Shown: positions 9,332 through 21,340, counted from the first letter of the stretch. The stretch: DNA of 64,000 nucleotides from an uncultured delta proteobacterium (GCA_963727625.1 CAVSHR010000008.1:320001-384000), one strand, 5' to 3'. The notes: generated by a model not told the origin, from the sequence alone. Program-made: numbers and translations.

Positions 9332-9946
9332 ATGAACTTCATCCCCATCGTCGTTGAACAAACCGGGCGCGGCGAGCGCGCTTATGATATCTATTCGCGG
9401 CTTTTGAAAGACCGGATTGTATTTCTCGGCTCTGTTATCAACGACGAAGTCGCCAATCTCATTACCGCTCAATTGCTATTTCTCGAATCCGAGGACCCAG
9501 AACGGGATATTTTCTTCTACATTAATAGCCCAGGTGGTGCGGTGACCGCCGGCTTGGCGATTTACGACACCATGCAATACGTCCGGCCGCAGATTTCAAC
9601 GGTCTGTGTCGGGCAAGCGGCCAGTATGGGGGCGGTCTTGCTGGCGGCCGGGACCAAAGGCAAGCGTTTCGCGTTGCCTCATTCGCGCATCATGATTCAC
9701 CAGCCTTTGGGTGGTTTTCAAGGTCAGGCCGCCGACATCGACATCCAAGCCCGCGAGATTCTACGCATGCGGGAAGAGCTAAACAATATTCTCATGAAGC
9801 ATACCGGGCAGAGCTTGAAGAAAATCGAAAAAGACACGGATCGAGACATGTTCATGAACGGCAAGCAAGCCCAAGAATACGGCGTGGTCGACGAAGTGAT
9901 AGCAACTCGGCCCGATTCCTCTGTCAAAAAGTCATCGTCAGTTTAA
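9332..9946 (+). CDS. clpP: ATP-dependent Clp protease proteolytic subunit
   Basis: [25 protein letters not shown] and IMIHQP. Confidence 0.98.
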   Translation: MNFIPIVVEQTGRGERAYDIYSRLLKDRIVFLGSVINDEVANLITAQLLFLESEDPERDIFFYINSPGGAVTAGLAIYDTMQYVRPQISTVCVGQAASMGAVLLAAGTKGKRFALPHSRIMIHQPLGGFQGQAADIDIQAREILRMREELNNILMKHTGQSLKKIEKDTDRDMFMNGKQAQEYGVVDEVIATRPDSSVKKSSSV

Positions 9947-9957
9947 GCGGGGGTTCT

Positions 9958-11211
9958 ATGGCCAAGCACGGTGAGCATGGATCGGGAAATCTCGTCTGCT
10001 CTTTCTGCGGGAAGAGTCAAGACGAGGTGCGTAAGTTAATCGCCGGTCCGACCGTATATATTTGCGATGAGTGCATCGATCTGTGCAACGATATTATCGC
10101 CGAGGAATGCGATCACGACGAAAACATCAGCTCCTCATCGAACGTTCCGAAACCCATCGAGATCAAACGCGTGCTCGATCAGTACGTCATCGGCCAGGAA
10201 CGCGCTAAGAAAATCCTCGCTGTCGCGGTCCACAATCACTATAAACGGATCGACAGCCAGTTGGTGACCGGCGAGGTCGAATTGCAAAAAAGCAACATCC
10301 TTCTGCTCGGGCCGACCGGCTCGGGTAAAACACTGCTGGCTCAGACACTCGCGCGTTTTTTGCAAGTGCCGTTTACGATCGCCGATGCCACGAGTCTCAC
10401 TGAGGCCGGCTATGTTGGCGAGGATGTTGAAAATATCATTCTCAATTTGCTTCAATCGGCGGACTATGATGTCGAAAAGGCGCAGCGGGGCATCGTTTAT
10501 ATAGACGAAATCGACAAAATCTCCCGTAAATCGGATAATCCGTCGATTACTCGCGACGTCTCGGGCGAGGGAGTGCAGCAAGCGTTGCTGAAAATCATCG
10601 AAGGCACGATGGCGAGCGTGCCCCCCAAGGGCGGGCGCAAGCACCCGCAGCAAGAATTTTTGCAGGTGGATACCACCAATATTCTTTTCATCTGCGGCGG
10701 CGCCTTCGTCGGTTTGGACGACATCATCCGTAAACGAACCGGGCGCAAACGCATGGGGTTTGGCGGCCAGCTAGACGACAAGGACGGCCGTCGGCCCACT
10801 GACCTGCTTCATGACGTGCAAACCGAGGACTTGTTGAAGTTTGGGCTGATTCCCGAGTTCATCGGTCGCTTGCCGGTGATCGCGACGCTCGAGGAATTGG
10901 ACGAATCCGCGTTAATGCGAATTCTCAAGGAACCGAAAAATGCTTTGACGAAACAGTATTCAAAACTATTTGAGATGGAATCCGTGCATCTGAAATTTAC
11001 CGAAGAGGCGCTGCGAGCGATTGCTCTTGACGCCATGAAGCGGAAATCGGGTGCGCGCGGGCTACGTGCGATCATGGAAAATATCATGTTAGATATCATG
11101 TACGACATGCCCTCACAGCCAAATATCAAGGAAGTCGTGATTTCAGAGGATGTCGTGGAAAGACATGAACCTCCGATCGTCGTATACACCAAGGCCGCAG
11201 AGAGCGCTTAG
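9958..11211 (+). CDS. clpX: Clp protease ATP-binding subunit ClpX
   Basis: CSFCGK zinc finger, [15 protein letters not shown] and [14 protein letters not shown]. Confidence 0.98.
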   Translation: MAKHGEHGSGNLVCSFCGKSQDEVRKLIAGPTVYICDECIDLCNDIIAEECDHDENISSSSNVPKPIEIKRVLDQYVIGQERAKKILAVAVHNHYKRIDSQLVTGEVELQKSNILLLGPTGSGKTLLAQTLARFLQVPFTIADATSLTEAGYVGEDVENIILNLLQSADYDVEKAQRGIVYIDEIDKISRKSDNPSITRDVSGEGVQQALLKIIEGTMASVPPKGGRKHPQQEFLQVDTTNILFICGGAFVGLDDIIRKRTGRKRMGFGGQLDDKDGRRPTDLLHDVQTEDLLKFGLIPEFIGRLPVIATLEELDESALMRILKEPKNALTKQYSKLFEMESVHLKFTEEALRAIALDAMKRKSGARGLRAIMENIMLDIMYDMPSQPNIKEVVISEDVVERHEPPIVVYTKAAESA

Positions 11212-11223
11212 GAGGGGATCTCT

Positions 11224-13689
11224 ATGCTATTTCGGAACGATAAAAAAGACGACAGGGAACAAGGCTCGGGGCCCGCGCGCGTTCCCCTGCTTCCGCTGCG
11301 CGATATCATCGTATTCCCCCATATGGTCGTGCCGCTTTTCGTCGGCCGGCAGCGCTCCATCAAGGCCCTCGAAGATGCGACCCAGAAGCAGAGCCTAATT
11401 TTTCTCTCGTCCCAGAAGGACGCCAAAACCAACGATCCCACCGAGGAAGATATTTATAAAATCGGCACGCTGGGTTCGGTCGTGCAAATGCTCAAGCTCC
11501 CCGACGGCACGGTCAAGGTTCTTATCGAAGGGAAGAGGAGAGCGGGGGTCGCCAAATTTGTTTCCAATGCGGATTTTTTCTTGGTGGACGTCGAAGAAGC
11601 GCCGGAGGTTGTCGATCGCAATACCGAGGTTGAAGCGCTGGTACGAGAAGTTCACACTACGTTCGAAAATTATGTAAAGCTCAAGAAGAAGATACCGCCA
11701 GAAATGGTGATGTCGGTGTCTTCCATCGATGATCCGGGACGGTTGGCGGATACCATCGTGGCCCATTTGGGCATTAAGCTAGAAGACCGCCAGAATCTTC
11801 TGGAGACTTTTAACGCCGCTGAGAGGTTGGAAAAAGTCCTTGGTCACATGCGCGCCGAAATCGAGATCCTGGAAGTCGAACGGCGCATTCGTTCACGCGT
11901 GAAGAAACAGATGGAGCGCTCGCAAAAAGAATATTATCTAAACGAGCAGATGCGCGCGATCCAAAAAGAGCTTGGCGAAAAGGATGAGTTCAAGAATGAA
12001 ATTCAGGAAATAGAAGACAAGCTCAAACAGAAAAAACTTTCGGCTGAAGCTAAGGACAAGGTCGAGAAGGAACTCAAGAAACTTAAAATGATGTCGCCCA
12101 TGTCGGCGGAAGCCACCGTGGTGCGAAACTATATTGATTGGATCTTGAGCCTGCCGTGGAACGAATTTACCGACGACAAGCTTGATATCAACGAAGCCGA
12201 ACGCGTGCTTGAAGAAGATCACTACGGTCTGGAGAAGGTCAAGGAGCGCATTCTCGAGTATCTTGCTGTGCAGAGCTTAGTGGGCAAAATCAAAGGTCCG
12301 ATCCTTTGCCTGGTCGGACCTCCGGGCGTTGGTAAAACTTCGCTAGGGCGATCGATCGCCAGGGCCACCGGCCGAAAATTCGTACGAGTTTCACTCGGTG
12401 GCGTGCGCGACGAAGCCGAGATCCGCGGCCACAGGCGCACTTACATCGGCGCTTTGCCGGGAAAAATCGTTCAATCCATGAAAAAAGCCGGGTCGAGCAA
12501 TCCGGTATTTCTCATGGACGAGATCGATAAGATGTCGACGGATTTTCGCGGCGACCCGTCGTCCGCGCTGCTCGAGGTCTTAGACCCCGAGCAAAATACA
12601 ACTTTCAATGATCATTACCTCGATCTCGACTATGATTTGTCGAAAGTGATGTTCATTACAACAGCCAACACTTTGGACCGGATTCCCCGACCCTTGCAGG
12701 ACCGCATGGAAATCATTCGCATTGCTGGCTATACGGAGCTGGAAAAACTCAGTATCGCCAAAAAATACCTTGTGGAAAAACAGAAAGAGGCCAACGGGCT
12801 GAATACGGACAACCTAGTTTTCACGGATACTGCGATCCTTGGTGTCATCCGGCACTATACTAAGGAGGCGGGAGTTCGCAGCCTGGAACGCGAGATTGCC
12901 GCCATTTGTCGCAAAATCGCAGTGGAAGTGGTGCGCAAGGACCGCGATTCCCACATTCAGGTCGGATCTAAGAGCATCCACAAATATCTCGGACCGATCA
13001 AATTTCGTTACGGTAAGGCCGATGCAGAGGTCAAAATCGGTGTAACCACCGGCTTGGCCTGGACCGAATTGGGCGGCGAGCTATTAGCTACCGAGGTCAC
13101 GATTATGCCCGGTAAAGGGCAACTGATCATTACTGGTAAACTCGGCGACGTAATGCAGGAGTCGGCACAGGCGGCGATGAGCTACGTGCGTTCTCGCGCG
13201 GCCGAGCTCGGGTTGGAGCGGGATTTTTATCAGAAGCTGGATGTGCACATTCATGTGCCTGAGGGCGCGATCCCCAAAGACGGCCCGTCCGCCGGTATCA
13301 CCATGGCAACTTCTTTGGTTTCCGCGCTGATGAAAATTCCGGTCCATAACGATTTGGCGATGACCGGTGAAATTACATTGCGCGGCAACGTGCTGCCGAT
13401 CGGTGGATTGAAAGAAAAAGTCTTGGCGGCTCATCGCGCCGGAATCAAGCGGGTTTTGATTCCCGCGGAGAATGAAAAAGACATCGAGGAGATCCCCAGC
13501 ACGGTGCTCAAAACCGTCGAACTGGAGTTAGTGTCCCATATGGACGATGTTTTGAAGAAAGCGCTGGTGATCAATGATCCGGCCCGACTGTTCCGCAATC
13601 CACCGGAGGAGAGTCAGTCGAAGGATGAGCCTCCCGCATTCACCGAGAAGGTCAACGAAGTGCCTGCCTCTGAGATTTTACCGCAATAA
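11224..13689 (+). CDS. lon: Lon protease (endopeptidase La)
   Basis: [27 protein letters not shown] and IGGLKEK. Confidence 0.98.
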   Translation: MLFRNDKKDDREQGSGPARVPLLPLRDIIVFPHMVVPLFVGRQRSIKALEDATQKQSLIFLSSQKDAKTNDPTEEDIYKIGTLGSVVQMLKLPDGTVKVLIEGKRRAGVAKFVSNADFFLVDVEEAPEVVDRNTEVEALVREVHTTFENYVKLKKKIPPEMVMSVSSIDDPGRLADTIVAHLGIKLEDRQNLLETFNAAERLEKVLGHMRAEIEILEVERRIRSRVKKQMERSQKEYYLNEQMRAIQKELGEKDEFKNEIQEIEDKLKQKKLSAEAKDKVEKELKKLKMMSPMSAEATVVRNYIDWILSLPWNEFTDDKLDINEAERVLEEDHYGLEKVKERILEYLAVQSLVGKIKGPILCLVGPPGVGKTSLGRSIARATGRKFVRVSLGGVRDEAEIRGHRRTYIGALPGKIVQSMKKAGSSNPVFLMDEIDKMSTDFRGDPSSALLEVLDPEQNTTFNDHYLDLDYDLSKVMFITTANTLDRIPRPLQDRMEIIRIAGYTELEKLSIAKKYLVEKQKEANGLNTDNLVFTDTAILGVIRHYTKEAGVRSLEREIAAICRKIAVEVVRKDRDSHIQVGSKSIHKYLGPIKFRYGKADAEVKIGVTTGLAWTELGGELLATEVTIMPGKGQLIITGKLGDVMQESAQAAMSYVRSRAAELGLERDFYQKLDVHIHVPEGAIPKDGPSAGITMATSLVSALMKIPVHNDLAMTGEITLRGNVLPIGGLKEKVLAAHRAGIKRVLIPAENEKDIEEIPSTVLKTVELELVSHMDDVLKKALVINDPARLFRNPPEESQSKDEPPAFTEKVNEVPASEILPQ

Positions 13690-13710
13690 CAGTATTCAAA
13701 TAACCGAAAA

Positions 13711-13737
13711 AGTGCCGGGTGTTTGACACCCGGCACT
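13711..13737. terminator. Perfect 12-bp inverted repeat downstream of lon
   Basis: AGTGCCGGGTGT-TTG-ACACCCGGCACT; the A-run on its left gives a U-tail on the minus strand only. Confidence 0.6.
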
Positions 13738-13751
13738 CGTGCTGTTATAAA
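13723..13751 (+). promoter_or_regulatory. Near-consensus sigma70 promoter
   Basis: TTGACA (13723-13728), 17 nt, TATAAA (13746-13751), with an extended -10 TG. Confidence 0.65.
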
Positions 13752-14127
13752 ACCGCATCGCGTAACCCGCCAAACCGCGCGTTATTTTTGTTCCTGGTTG
13801 ATGTTTGCCCGAGAGCATGCCGGGAGGATTCGTGTCTGGCAGAGTGTGTGGTAACAAAAGGGAATCAGCGGCTTGGGCTGAATCATCGATTTAATATTCG
13901 CAGTAGCTTTGGTGGGATTTGAGCCCCGGTGAAGTAATATGAATTATCTCGTGAGTCGCCGGTTCAAATATACAATTGCCACCTTTCGGCTGGTAAATTG
14001 TGAGCCGGAAAAATCCTGAGAGGTTGCCAAGATTAGGTTGGCTGGTAAAAAGCGGCGCCGAGGCGGGAGAGGTTTCTGCTCGTGCTAAAAAATTCTCTGC
14101 TGTAGCGTAGGCGGATGATTTAGCGGG

Positions 14128-14202
14128 GGGCGGTTAGCTCAGCGGGAGAGCATCGGCCTTACAAGCCGGGGGTCACAGGTTCAAATCCTGTACCGCCCAC
14201 CA
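14128..14202 (+). tRNA. tRNA-Val(TAC)
   Basis: Anticodon loop CT-TAC-AA; CCA encoded. Confidence 0.95.
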
Positions 14203-14228
14203 GGGGACGCACCAAAGAGCGCAATGTC

Positions 14229-14305
<77 letters not shown>

Positions 14306-14359
14306 CCTCTCCGCTCATTGGTGCGGTTCAAGAGATGAACGAGTAGTGGAGCGAGTGCC

Positions 14360-14785
14360 ATGAATAAAGAAGAAGCTCTGTCCCAACGACGATGGTACGT
14401 TGTCGACGCGCAAGGCAAGGTTCTTGGGCGGATGGCCACCGAGATCGCGAAGGTGTTGCGTGGAAAGCACAAACCCATTTTCACGCCGAATCAGGACGCT
14501 GGCGACTTCGTTATTGTCGTCAATGCGCGCGCCGTGAAACTGACGGGTACCAAGCTGGAAAAGAAGATGTATTTTCGGCACACCGAATATCCCGGCGGGA
14601 TCAGGGAGCGCACAGCGGCGCAAATGCTTGAAGAAAAGCCCGAAGAACTAGTGATGCTTGCCGTAAAGGGGATGCTGCCTAAGAACCGGTTGAGCCGGAA
14701 GCTGGTGACCAAGCTCAAAGTCTATGCTGGTCCTGAGCACCCTCATGACGCGCAAAAACCACAACCTCTGGCGATCGTAGCGTAG
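14360..14785 (+). CDS. rplM: 50S ribosomal protein L13
   Basis: WYVVDA...LGR...LRGKHKP.FTP..D.GD and HPH.AQKP. Confidence 0.98.
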   Translation: MNKEEALSQRRWYVVDAQGKVLGRMATEIAKVLRGKHKPIFTPNQDAGDFVIVVNARAVKLTGTKLEKKMYFRHTEYPGGIRERTAAQMLEEKPEELVMLAVKGMLPKNRLSRKLVTKLKVYAGPEHPHDAQKPQPLAIVA

Positions 14786-14793
14786 GAGAACCA

Positions 14794-15186
14794 ATGGCGG
14801 ACAAAGCTTTTACAGCGACTGGACGACGAAAGACTTCCGTTGCCCGCGTGTTCTTGAAACCGGGTAAGGGCAAAATTACGATCAACGCTCGGCCTTTGCA
14901 AGAATACTTCGGCCGTGAAACGGCTCGCATGATTGTGCTCCAACCATTTGAACTTACACAAACGACAGACAGCTTTGATATCGATATAAACGTTGTTGGC
15001 GGTGGCAACTCGGGCCAGGCTGGCGCGATTCGCCACGGGATTACCCGTGCATTGATGCGGGTCAATCCGGATTTCCGAGCGCCGCTCAAAAAGGCGGGCT
15101 TCGTCACTCGTGATCCGCGCGCCGTAGAGCGTAAAAAATACGGCCGCCACAAAGCGCGGAAGCGACCGCAATATTCCAAGCGGTAA
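14794..15186 (+). CDS. rpsI: 30S ribosomal protein S9
   Basis: [22 protein letters not shown] and QYSKR. Confidence 0.98.
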   Translation: MADKAFTATGRRKTSVARVFLKPGKGKITINARPLQEYFGRETARMIVLQPFELTQTTDSFDIDINVVGGGNSGQAGAIRHGITRALMRVNPDFRAPLKKAGFVTRDPRAVERKKYGRHKARKRPQYSKR

Positions 15187-15618
15187 ATATCTCCAGAATT
15201 TGTCTGCGGTTTTGGCCAGTTCGTATTGCGCGCCGGTCGCCTAACAGGCAACGATCAAAGCCGCGTAATTTCTTAATCCCGTCGCAAAAACCGCAATCTT
15301 CCGCGCCGGCCATTTTAGCCGATCTCTATGGATTCCGTTGTGTTGGGGGTTTGAAACGCCCCGCGTAGCGCAAACCCTACGCTTACGATTTTACAGTGAT
15401 CCAATATCCAGGTTAATTCCCCCGCAGTAAGTTCACGCCGCGCAGCTGCCTTGAATCTCAGCAACATTGAAATTTATCGTGCTATCTATTGCGCGATAAA
15501 ACCTGTTTCGTGCGGGAACTGGCTGGGACCGTCAAATCGCGCCACATGCAAACGATAGCGGCGTATTCTTGATGTTTGCAGATTATAGTGACTAGCTTTT
15601 GGCCGACATTCATAGGGG

Positions 15619-15646
15619 AAAAAGTATTGCGATCCGTCACAATATT
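15619..15646 (-). terminator. Intrinsic terminator after lptG
   Basis: Minus-strand UAUUGUGA-CGGA-UCGCAAUA followed by C-UUUUU. Confidence 0.55.
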
Positions 15647-15665
15647 TTACAAACCTCAATAATTG

Positions 15666-16775
15666 TTATTCCTCTGCGGTAAAGAAAAACAAACCGATCA
15701 TTGCGAAAATAACATTGGTTGCCCATGCTGAGATCCACGCCGGCATGGCGCCGCTATGGCCCAAAGATATGCAGAAGGCCGACAGAACCCAATAACCAAA
15801 TGCGATTACCATGGCGATGCCGAAACTCAACGAAATGCTGCCGCTCAATCGTCGCTTAAGTGCAAACGGGATCGCCAGTAGCACCATCAAAGGCGCGATG
15901 AACGGCAAAGCGATTTTAATCTGCAGATCGACTTCGGACGAAGTCGTGTCGATGCCCTTATTTTTCATATCGGTGATCTGTTTCTGGAGGTCGAAGTAAG
16001 AAAACTCTTCGGGGTCGCGCGCCAAGAGCTTGAGATCCTCCGGTGTTTCCGAAATGGGCAACGCGGCCGTCACCGTTTGTCGACTCGTTTGACCGTTTGC
16101 AAGAAAATTCCACTCCGTAGCCTGGTCGGTTGCCCATCGCCTGCCGTTCCATTGGGCCTTGGGAATCTCCACGAGAGCGCGTAGGCCGAAATCGCGGTTG
16201 AGAAGAAAAATCGTCACTGTATCGAGTTGGCCGGCGCGGGTGTCGAAGTAACCGACGTTGATAAAACTACCGTCGCCGCGGATCCATATATCATGGGTTC
16301 CTAAAAGGCTTCGTTGCTGTTTATTTTTGATTTCGGTTTTGTAGATGTTTTGTGCGTTGTGAGTAAAAATGGGGACGAGGGTTTCGTTCCAGACGAAAGT
16401 AGAACCGCAAATTATTAACGCCAGGAGCAAAAGCGGCAAGGCAATCCTTTCTACGGAGATCCCGCTGGAACGGATCGCCGTGATCTCGTGCGTTCGGACC
16501 AAAGACCCGAGGCAAAACAGAGTCGAAAAAAGCGCGGCAAATCCAACCACCCGCGAAATCAGCAGCGGCGCCTTATAAAAAAAATAGCGCATGATGCTCG
16601 ACATGGTCGCACCGCTATCCAGCAAGGTGCCGATACGGTCGAAAAAATCGACCGTGACGTAAAGCGACGTTACTACGGCCAGGCTGATGAAAAATATCCG
16701 AATAAATCCAACCACTAAATAGCGGTCTAAAATGCTACCGACGGGAAGAAATTTGAATCGCAGTTTGGTCGCCAT
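15666..16775 (-). CDS. lptG: LPS export permease LptG
   Basis: ILDRY, EITAIRSSGIS, 3+3 transmembrane layout and AW..N; ATG at 16775. Confidence 0.9.
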   Translation of the reverse strand: MATKLRFKFLPVGSILDRYLVVGFIRIFFISLAVVTSLYVTVDFFDRIGTLLDSGATMSSIMRYFFYKAPLLISRVVGFAALFSTLFCLGSLVRTHEITAIRSSGISVERIALPLLLLALIICGSTFVWNETLVPIFTHNAQNIYKTEIKNKQQRSLLGTHDIWIRGDGSFINVGYFDTRAGQLDTVTIFLLNRDFGLRALVEIPKAQWNGRRWATDQATEWNFLANGQTSRQTVTAALPISETPEDLKLLARDPEEFSYFDLQKQITDMKNKGIDTTSSEVDLQIKIALPFIAPLMVLLAIPFALKRRLSGSISLSFGIAMVIAFGYWVLSAFCISLGHSGAMPAWISAWATNVIFAMIGLFFFTAEE

Positions 16776-16803
16776 GGGGTTTCCTAGTTGGGCCGAACGG
16801 GCT

Positions 16804-17982
16804 TTACCTTCTGCGCCAGCGACTGGCCAACGCAAGCGCGTTTTCCAACACTCGTGGCAGGAAAAGCGGCACTTCCCGCTGCGCATGGTTGAAGAAGTGG
16901 AGTCCGATTGCGGCTACGACGAGGTTAGGTAACCATGTCGCTGGCACCGGATGAAGAATGTTCTTATCGCCGAGCGCCTTGCCGAGGGAAAGGAGGGCGT
17001 AGTACGCCATGAGCCAAAATAGGCATAACATAAATCCCCACGACCGATTCGCCCGAGAGGTTCGCGGAAGAAGAGTCAGCGATACTCCTAGGAGGCAAAA
17101 TATCAACGGGACAAAGCCGAAGGAAATCCGCTGATGCAGCTCCATTCTCTCTCCGATGGCGTTGGCGCCACGGCTCTGCTTGGCCGAGATGGCTTTCAAG
17201 AGATCGGAAAGCGGCATTTCCTTCGGTCCCGATTCACGTTGGCGCACCGGTCCAACGAGGTCATCCAAGTCGAGTTTAAAATCATAAATATTAAAACGCG
17301 TCTGGCTGAAGCCGGGCCGCGATCTTTCGCGCTCATAAATCGATCCGTCGAATAACCGGAGACCCAAGCTATTGGTTTCTTCGTCGGTGGTGATGCGCGC
17401 GACCTTGCCGAGTATGATGTCCTCGCGCGACCTATCACGGTTGTCGACAATGAGTACTCCTTGAGCGGTGTTGCCCGGCGGCACGATTTCTTCCACGTAG
17501 ATCAAAATTTTTGGAAAGTCGTCATTGAAGACTTTTTCCTTTAGAGCAGTGCCGATGCGGCTCTTGGCAATATTGTAAAGTTCCTTCTTTAGTGCGAAGT
17601 TCGCCGCTGGGCGGACAAACATTGTCAAGGCGAAGGTCGCTAAGGTGATGACCACGGCGATCAGTATCGTAGGCCAGAGTATTTGCGTGGGACTGACGCC
17701 CGACGCTTTCATGGCCAATAGTTCTTGATCATTGGACATGCGCCCGAGTCCTAAAAGAATAGCCAGCAAGAAGGCCATCGGCACGGTCATTTCCAGAAAT
17801 GTCGGCAGAATCAGCGAGAAAAGTTTGGCGATTTGTAGTAACGGGACGCCCCTTGTGACTACTAATTCGATGAGTTTGATCATCCGCCCGATCAACAGAA
17901 TGAACGTAAACGCCAAAAGGCCGACAAAAAAAGGCGGAAGAATTTCCGAAATGAGATAACGAGAGAGGATCCTGCGTTTCAC
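16804..17982 (-). CDS. lptF: LPS export permease LptF
   Basis: ILSRYLISE, GRMSNDQELLAMKASGVS and WLPN; paired with lptG. Confidence 0.9.
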   Translation of the reverse strand: MKRRILSRYLISEILPPFFVGLLAFTFILLIGRMIKLIELVVTRGVPLLQIAKLFSLILPTFLEMTVPMAFLLAILLGLGRMSNDQELLAMKASGVSPTQILWPTILIAVVITLATFALTMFVRPAANFALKKELYNIAKSRIGTALKEKVFNDDFPKILIYVEEIVPPGNTAQGVLIVDNRDRSREDIILGKVARITTDEETNSLGLRLFDGSIYERERSRPGFSQTRFNIYDFKLDLDDLVGPVRQRESGPKEMPLSDLLKAISAKQSRGANAIGERMELHQRISFGFVPLIFCLLGVSLTLLPRTSRANRSWGFMLCLFWLMAYYALLSLGKALGDKNILHPVPATWLPNLVVAAIGLHFFNHAQREVPLFLPRVLENALALASRWRRR

Positions 17983-18049
17983 TGTGCGGCCATGTTAACT
18001 GGTGCGTAATTCAATGTAAAATCCTCCGGTCGCAGGAGCACGGCAAGCG

Positions 18050-18820
18050 ATGGCCACGAAGCAAAATCTGATCTTTGGTGTCAATTCGGTTTTAGAAAAG
18101 CTCAGAGCGTCACCAGACGATGTTATTGAGATTCTGCTTTCGGATGTTTCCGATCGTGCGGCTTTGCGTCACATTAGTGAACAAGCCCTGCGCCAGCGCG
18201 TTCCTATTGTCGCCGCAAGTCCCAAGTTACTCGATCACCTAGTCGGAGGGCAAAGACACCAAGGCGTGGTGGCCCGAATCGAAGACTATCGCTATCTGCC
18301 ATTTGTGAACCTGCTGGAGCAGGTTGTAGCATCTTCGGGAGCGGAACGCATTTTGATGTTGGACGGCTTGACCGACCCGAGAAATTTTGGAGCGCTGTTA
18401 CGGACAGCGGATGGCGCGGGTGTACGCTACGTCGTGATTCCCAAGAACCGCTCCGTGGAAGCGAATGCAGTTGCCATCAAAGCTTCTGCGGGTGCGGCGC
18501 ACCATGTAAAAATCGCCAAGGTTACCAATCTTCACCGAGCGATTTTAGAGCTCAAGAAACTCGATTACTGGATTGTTGGACTGGAAGCGGGCGGCCAAGA
18601 ATCAATTTATGACCGAAGTTATCCCTCGCGGTTAGCGATCGTTCTTGGCAGCGAAGGAAAGGGCGTTCGGCCGGTAATCCTGCGGGAATGTGACTTCTTG
18701 GTATCAATTCCCATGCTCGGCAAGGTTGCTTCACTTAACGTCTCAGTGGCCGGGGCGGTGTTGCTCTACGAGTTGCTCCGGCAACGGCGCAGCGTTGACG
18801 TAAATGTGGCAAGAACTTAG
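18050..18820 (+). CDS. rlmB: 23S rRNA (Gm2251) methyltransferase RlmB, TrmH/SpoU family
   Basis: HQGVVA, DGLTDPRNFGA..R, GSEGKG and IPM.G.V.SLNVSVA. Confidence 0.93.
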   Translation: MATKQNLIFGVNSVLEKLRASPDDVIEILLSDVSDRAALRHISEQALRQRVPIVAASPKLLDHLVGGQRHQGVVARIEDYRYLPFVNLLEQVVASSGAERILMLDGLTDPRNFGALLRTADGAGVRYVVIPKNRSVEANAVAIKASAGAAHHVKIAKVTNLHRAILELKKLDYWIVGLEAGGQESIYDRSYPSRLAIVLGSEGKGVRPVILRECDFLVSIPMLGKVASLNVSVAGAVLLYELLRQRRSVDVNVART

Positions 18821-19072
18821 AGGGCAAATTGGGTAAATTGAAATTTGCGCGTCCTTAAGGCATTGAGCTGTTGACATAACTACGGGGAGGTGCTTTAAAT
18901 ACCCGTTTACTAAAGGGGAAAGGTGTCTCCGGGCCGTGGTACGTCAAGTCGGTACCGATGCGCCACTGGGGTTGATCGATAACTTGCCAGAAATGTTCTT
19001 CTTTTAAGTAGTTGACTTAAGGGCGAATTCGCAGCATTTACGCGACGCGAGAAGGGCCACGATGTCAACCAG

Positions 19073-19147
19073 GCTGGCGTAGCTCAACGGCAGAGCAGCT
19101 GATTTGTAATCAGCAGGTTGTAGGTTCAAGTCCTATCGCCAGCTCCA
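19073..19147 (+). tRNA. tRNA-Thr(TGT)
   Basis: Anticodon arm GCTGA-TT-TGT-AA-TCAGC; CCA encoded. Confidence 0.95.
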
Positions 19148-19229
19148 GCCAGAAGAGTTCGATTGCTAGAGACCCGGTGCGATGCAGGCTTTTTAAAGGA
19201 AATGTTTTTAAGTGGGGGTGAAGAGAGAC

Positions 19230-19314
<85 letters not shown>

Positions 19315-19323
19315 TTTTTGATT

Positions 19324-19399
19324 GCGGGAATAGCTCAGTTGGTAGAGCGCAAGCCTTCCAAGCTTGGGGTCGCGGGTTCGAGTCCCGTTTCCCGCTCCA
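19324..19399 (+). tRNA. tRNA-Gly(TCC)
   Basis: Anticodon arm CAAGC-CT-TCC-AA-GCTTG; CCA encoded. Confidence 0.95.
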
Positions 19400-19487
19400 A
19401 TTGCCTATGGCGGGTGGTAGATCACACATGGCCCAAAAAGCCCTAGGTGGAAAAATCGACCATGCGCCATAAGCCATCGACTGCTAG

Positions 19488-19560
19488 GCCCAGGTAGCTC
19501 AGTCGGTAGAGCACGTCCTTGGTAAGGACGAGGTCAGCGGTTCAATCCCGCTCCTGGGCT
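19488..19560 (+). tRNA. tRNA-Thr(GGT), CCA not encoded
   Basis: Anticodon arm GTCCT/AGGAC around GGT; acceptor GCCCAGG/CCTGGGC followed by TTTG. Confidence 0.93.
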
Positions 19561-19639
19561 TTGCCCGAACCTTGGTTCGAGAGCGCGCTAATTTTTACGG
19601 AAGAAGTTGATCGACTGGCAAATCAATCAGGAGGATGAG

Positions 19640-20830
19640 ATGAGCAAACAGAAGTTCGAGCGGAAAAAACCGCACCTTAACATCGGCACGATCGGTCACG
19701 TCGATCATGGTAAGACAACTCTGACTGCAGCGATTACGAAAGTTCTGGAAAAGTCGGGGAAGGCTAAATTCCTTGCCTACGACCAGATCGATAAGGCGCC
19801 CGAGGAGAGAGAGCGCGGCGTCACGATCAATATCGCCCATGTCGAGTATGAGACCGAGAAGCGTCATTATGCCCACGTCGATTGTCCCGGCCACGCGGAC
19901 TACGTAAAGAACATGATCACGGGTGCGGCGCAGATGGACGGCGCGATTCTAGTCGTTTCGGCCGCCGATGGACCGATGCCACAAACGCGCGAGCATATTC
20001 TGTTAGCGCGCCAAGTCGGAGTCCCGGCCATCGTGGTCTTCCTCAACAAGGCCGACATGGTCGATGATAAGGAGCTGCTCGAACTGGTTGAGTTGGAGGT
20101 GCGCGAACTTCTGTCCAAGTACAAATTCCCGGGCGACGATACGCCTATTATCATTGGCAGTGCATTGAAGGCGCTCGAAGGTGATACCTCAGAAATGGGC
20201 GAGGGCGCGATTTTGAAACTCATGGATGCGGTAGACTCCTTCGTTCAAGAACCGGTTCGCGATATCGACAAGCCTTTTATTATGCCGGTTGAGGATGTTT
20301 TCACTATCAGCGGCCGCGGCACGGTCGTGACTGGTCGTGTGGAGCGGGGTGTTGTCAAGGTTGGCGAGGAAATCGAGATTGTCGGCTTCAAGGCGACCCA
20401 GAAGACCGTTGCGACCGGCGTCGAAATGTTTCGCAAATTGCTCGACGAAGGTCAGGCCGGCGATAATATCGGCGTGCTGCTGCGCGGCACCAAGCGCGAG
20501 GATGTCGAGCGCGGCCAGGTTTTGGCCAAGCCAGGTAGCATTACTCCCCATACCAAATTTAACGCCGAAGCTTACGTTCTGACCAAAGAAGAGGGCGGGC
20601 GCCATACGCCGTTTTTTAACGGCTATCGGCCGCAGTTTTATTTTCGCACCACCGATGTTACCGGTGTCGTTAAATTGCCGGAAGGAACCGAGATGGTCAT
20701 GCCCGGTGATAATATCAATGTGGAGATCGAGTTGATCACTCCGGTTGCTATGGACGATGGACTGAAATTCGCTATTCGCGAGGGCGGGCGTACCGTCGGC
20801 GCGGGGGTTGTTACTAAAATTATTCAGTAG
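19640..20830 (+). CDS. tuf: Elongation factor Tu
   Basis: [24 protein letters not shown] and NKAD; 396 aa. Confidence 0.99.
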   Translation: MSKQKFERKKPHLNIGTIGHVDHGKTTLTAAITKVLEKSGKAKFLAYDQIDKAPEERERGVTINIAHVEYETEKRHYAHVDCPGHADYVKNMITGAAQMDGAILVVSAADGPMPQTREHILLARQVGVPAIVVFLNKADMVDDKELLELVELEVRELLSKYKFPGDDTPIIIGSALKALEGDTSEMGEGAILKLMDAVDSFVQEPVRDIDKPFIMPVEDVFTISGRGTVVTGRVERGVVKVGEEIEIVGFKATQKTVATGVEMFRKLLDEGQAGDNIGVLLRGTKREDVERGQVLAKPGSITPHTKFNAEAYVLTKEEGGRHTPFFNGYRPQFYFRTTDVTGVVKLPEGTEMVMPGDNINVEIELITPVAMDDGLKFAIREGGRTVGAGVVTKIIQ

Positions 20831-20860
20831 GATAAGACCGGACTAGAAAGGTTGGGGGTT

Positions 20861-21013
20861 ATGCGGGAACTCGTAGGATTTGCTTGCGATAAGTGTAAGC
20901 GTAAAAATTACACGTCGACGAAGAACCGGAAATTAACGACCGAAAAATTATCGCTCAAAAAGTTTTGCTCATCTTGCCGGACCCATACCCTGCATCGTGA
21001 GGTAAAAGTCTAA
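20861..21013 (+). CDS. rpmG: 50S ribosomal protein L33 (zinc-ribbon form); absent from the ORF track
   Basis: Manual translation: MRELVGFACDKCKRKNYTSTKNRKLTTEKLSLKKFCSSCRTHTLHREVKV. Confidence 0.95.
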   Translation: MRELVGFACDKCKRKNYTSTKNRKLTTEKLSLKKFCSSCRTHTLHREVKV

Positions 21014-21025
21014 AGGAGTTACAGC

Positions 21026-21102
21026 GGGTCAGTAGCTCCAATTGGTAGAGCGCCGGACTCCAAATCCGGTTGTTGCAGGTTCGAGTCCTGCCTGACCCGC
21101 CA
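21026..21102 (+). tRNA. tRNA-Trp(CCA)
   Basis: Anticodon arm CCGGA-CT-CCA-AA-TCCGG; between rpmG and secE. Confidence 0.95.
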
Positions 21103-21124
21103 GTTTAACTCGTTGTGGTGTAGC

Positions 21125-21340
21125 ATGGGGGATTGGATTCAAAAACTTCAGGACGGTGTCCGTCATGGTACGGAGTTTATCCAGGAGGCTTGGCAGGAGC
21201 TAAAGAAAGTTTACTGGCCTTCGCGTAAGGAAACCTATGCGGCGACTTTCGTGGTGATCGTCGTGGTTTTATTGATTTCCGGGTATTTAGCATTGGTCGA
21301 TTTGGCTCTGACGAAAGCCATTCAGGCCATTATCGGTTGA
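21125..21340 (+). CDS. secE: Preprotein translocase subunit SecE
   Basis: ELKKVYWPSRKE plus one transmembrane helix. Confidence 0.95.
   Translation: MGDWIQKLQDGVRHGTEFIQEAWQELKKVYWPSRKETYAATFVVIVVVLLISGYLALVDLALTKAIQAIIG

Noticed and set aside
15621-15648. Rex/CRP-like operator TTGCGA-N4-TCACAA
   Set aside because: The spacing fits neither consensus, and it sits 3' of lptG with a U-tail, so a terminator is the simpler explanation.
19403-19473. Hairpin between tRNA-Gly and tRNA-Thr as a separate ncRNA
   Set aside because: The TATGGCG/CGCCATA stem is short and is adequately explained as a pre-tRNA spacer structure.
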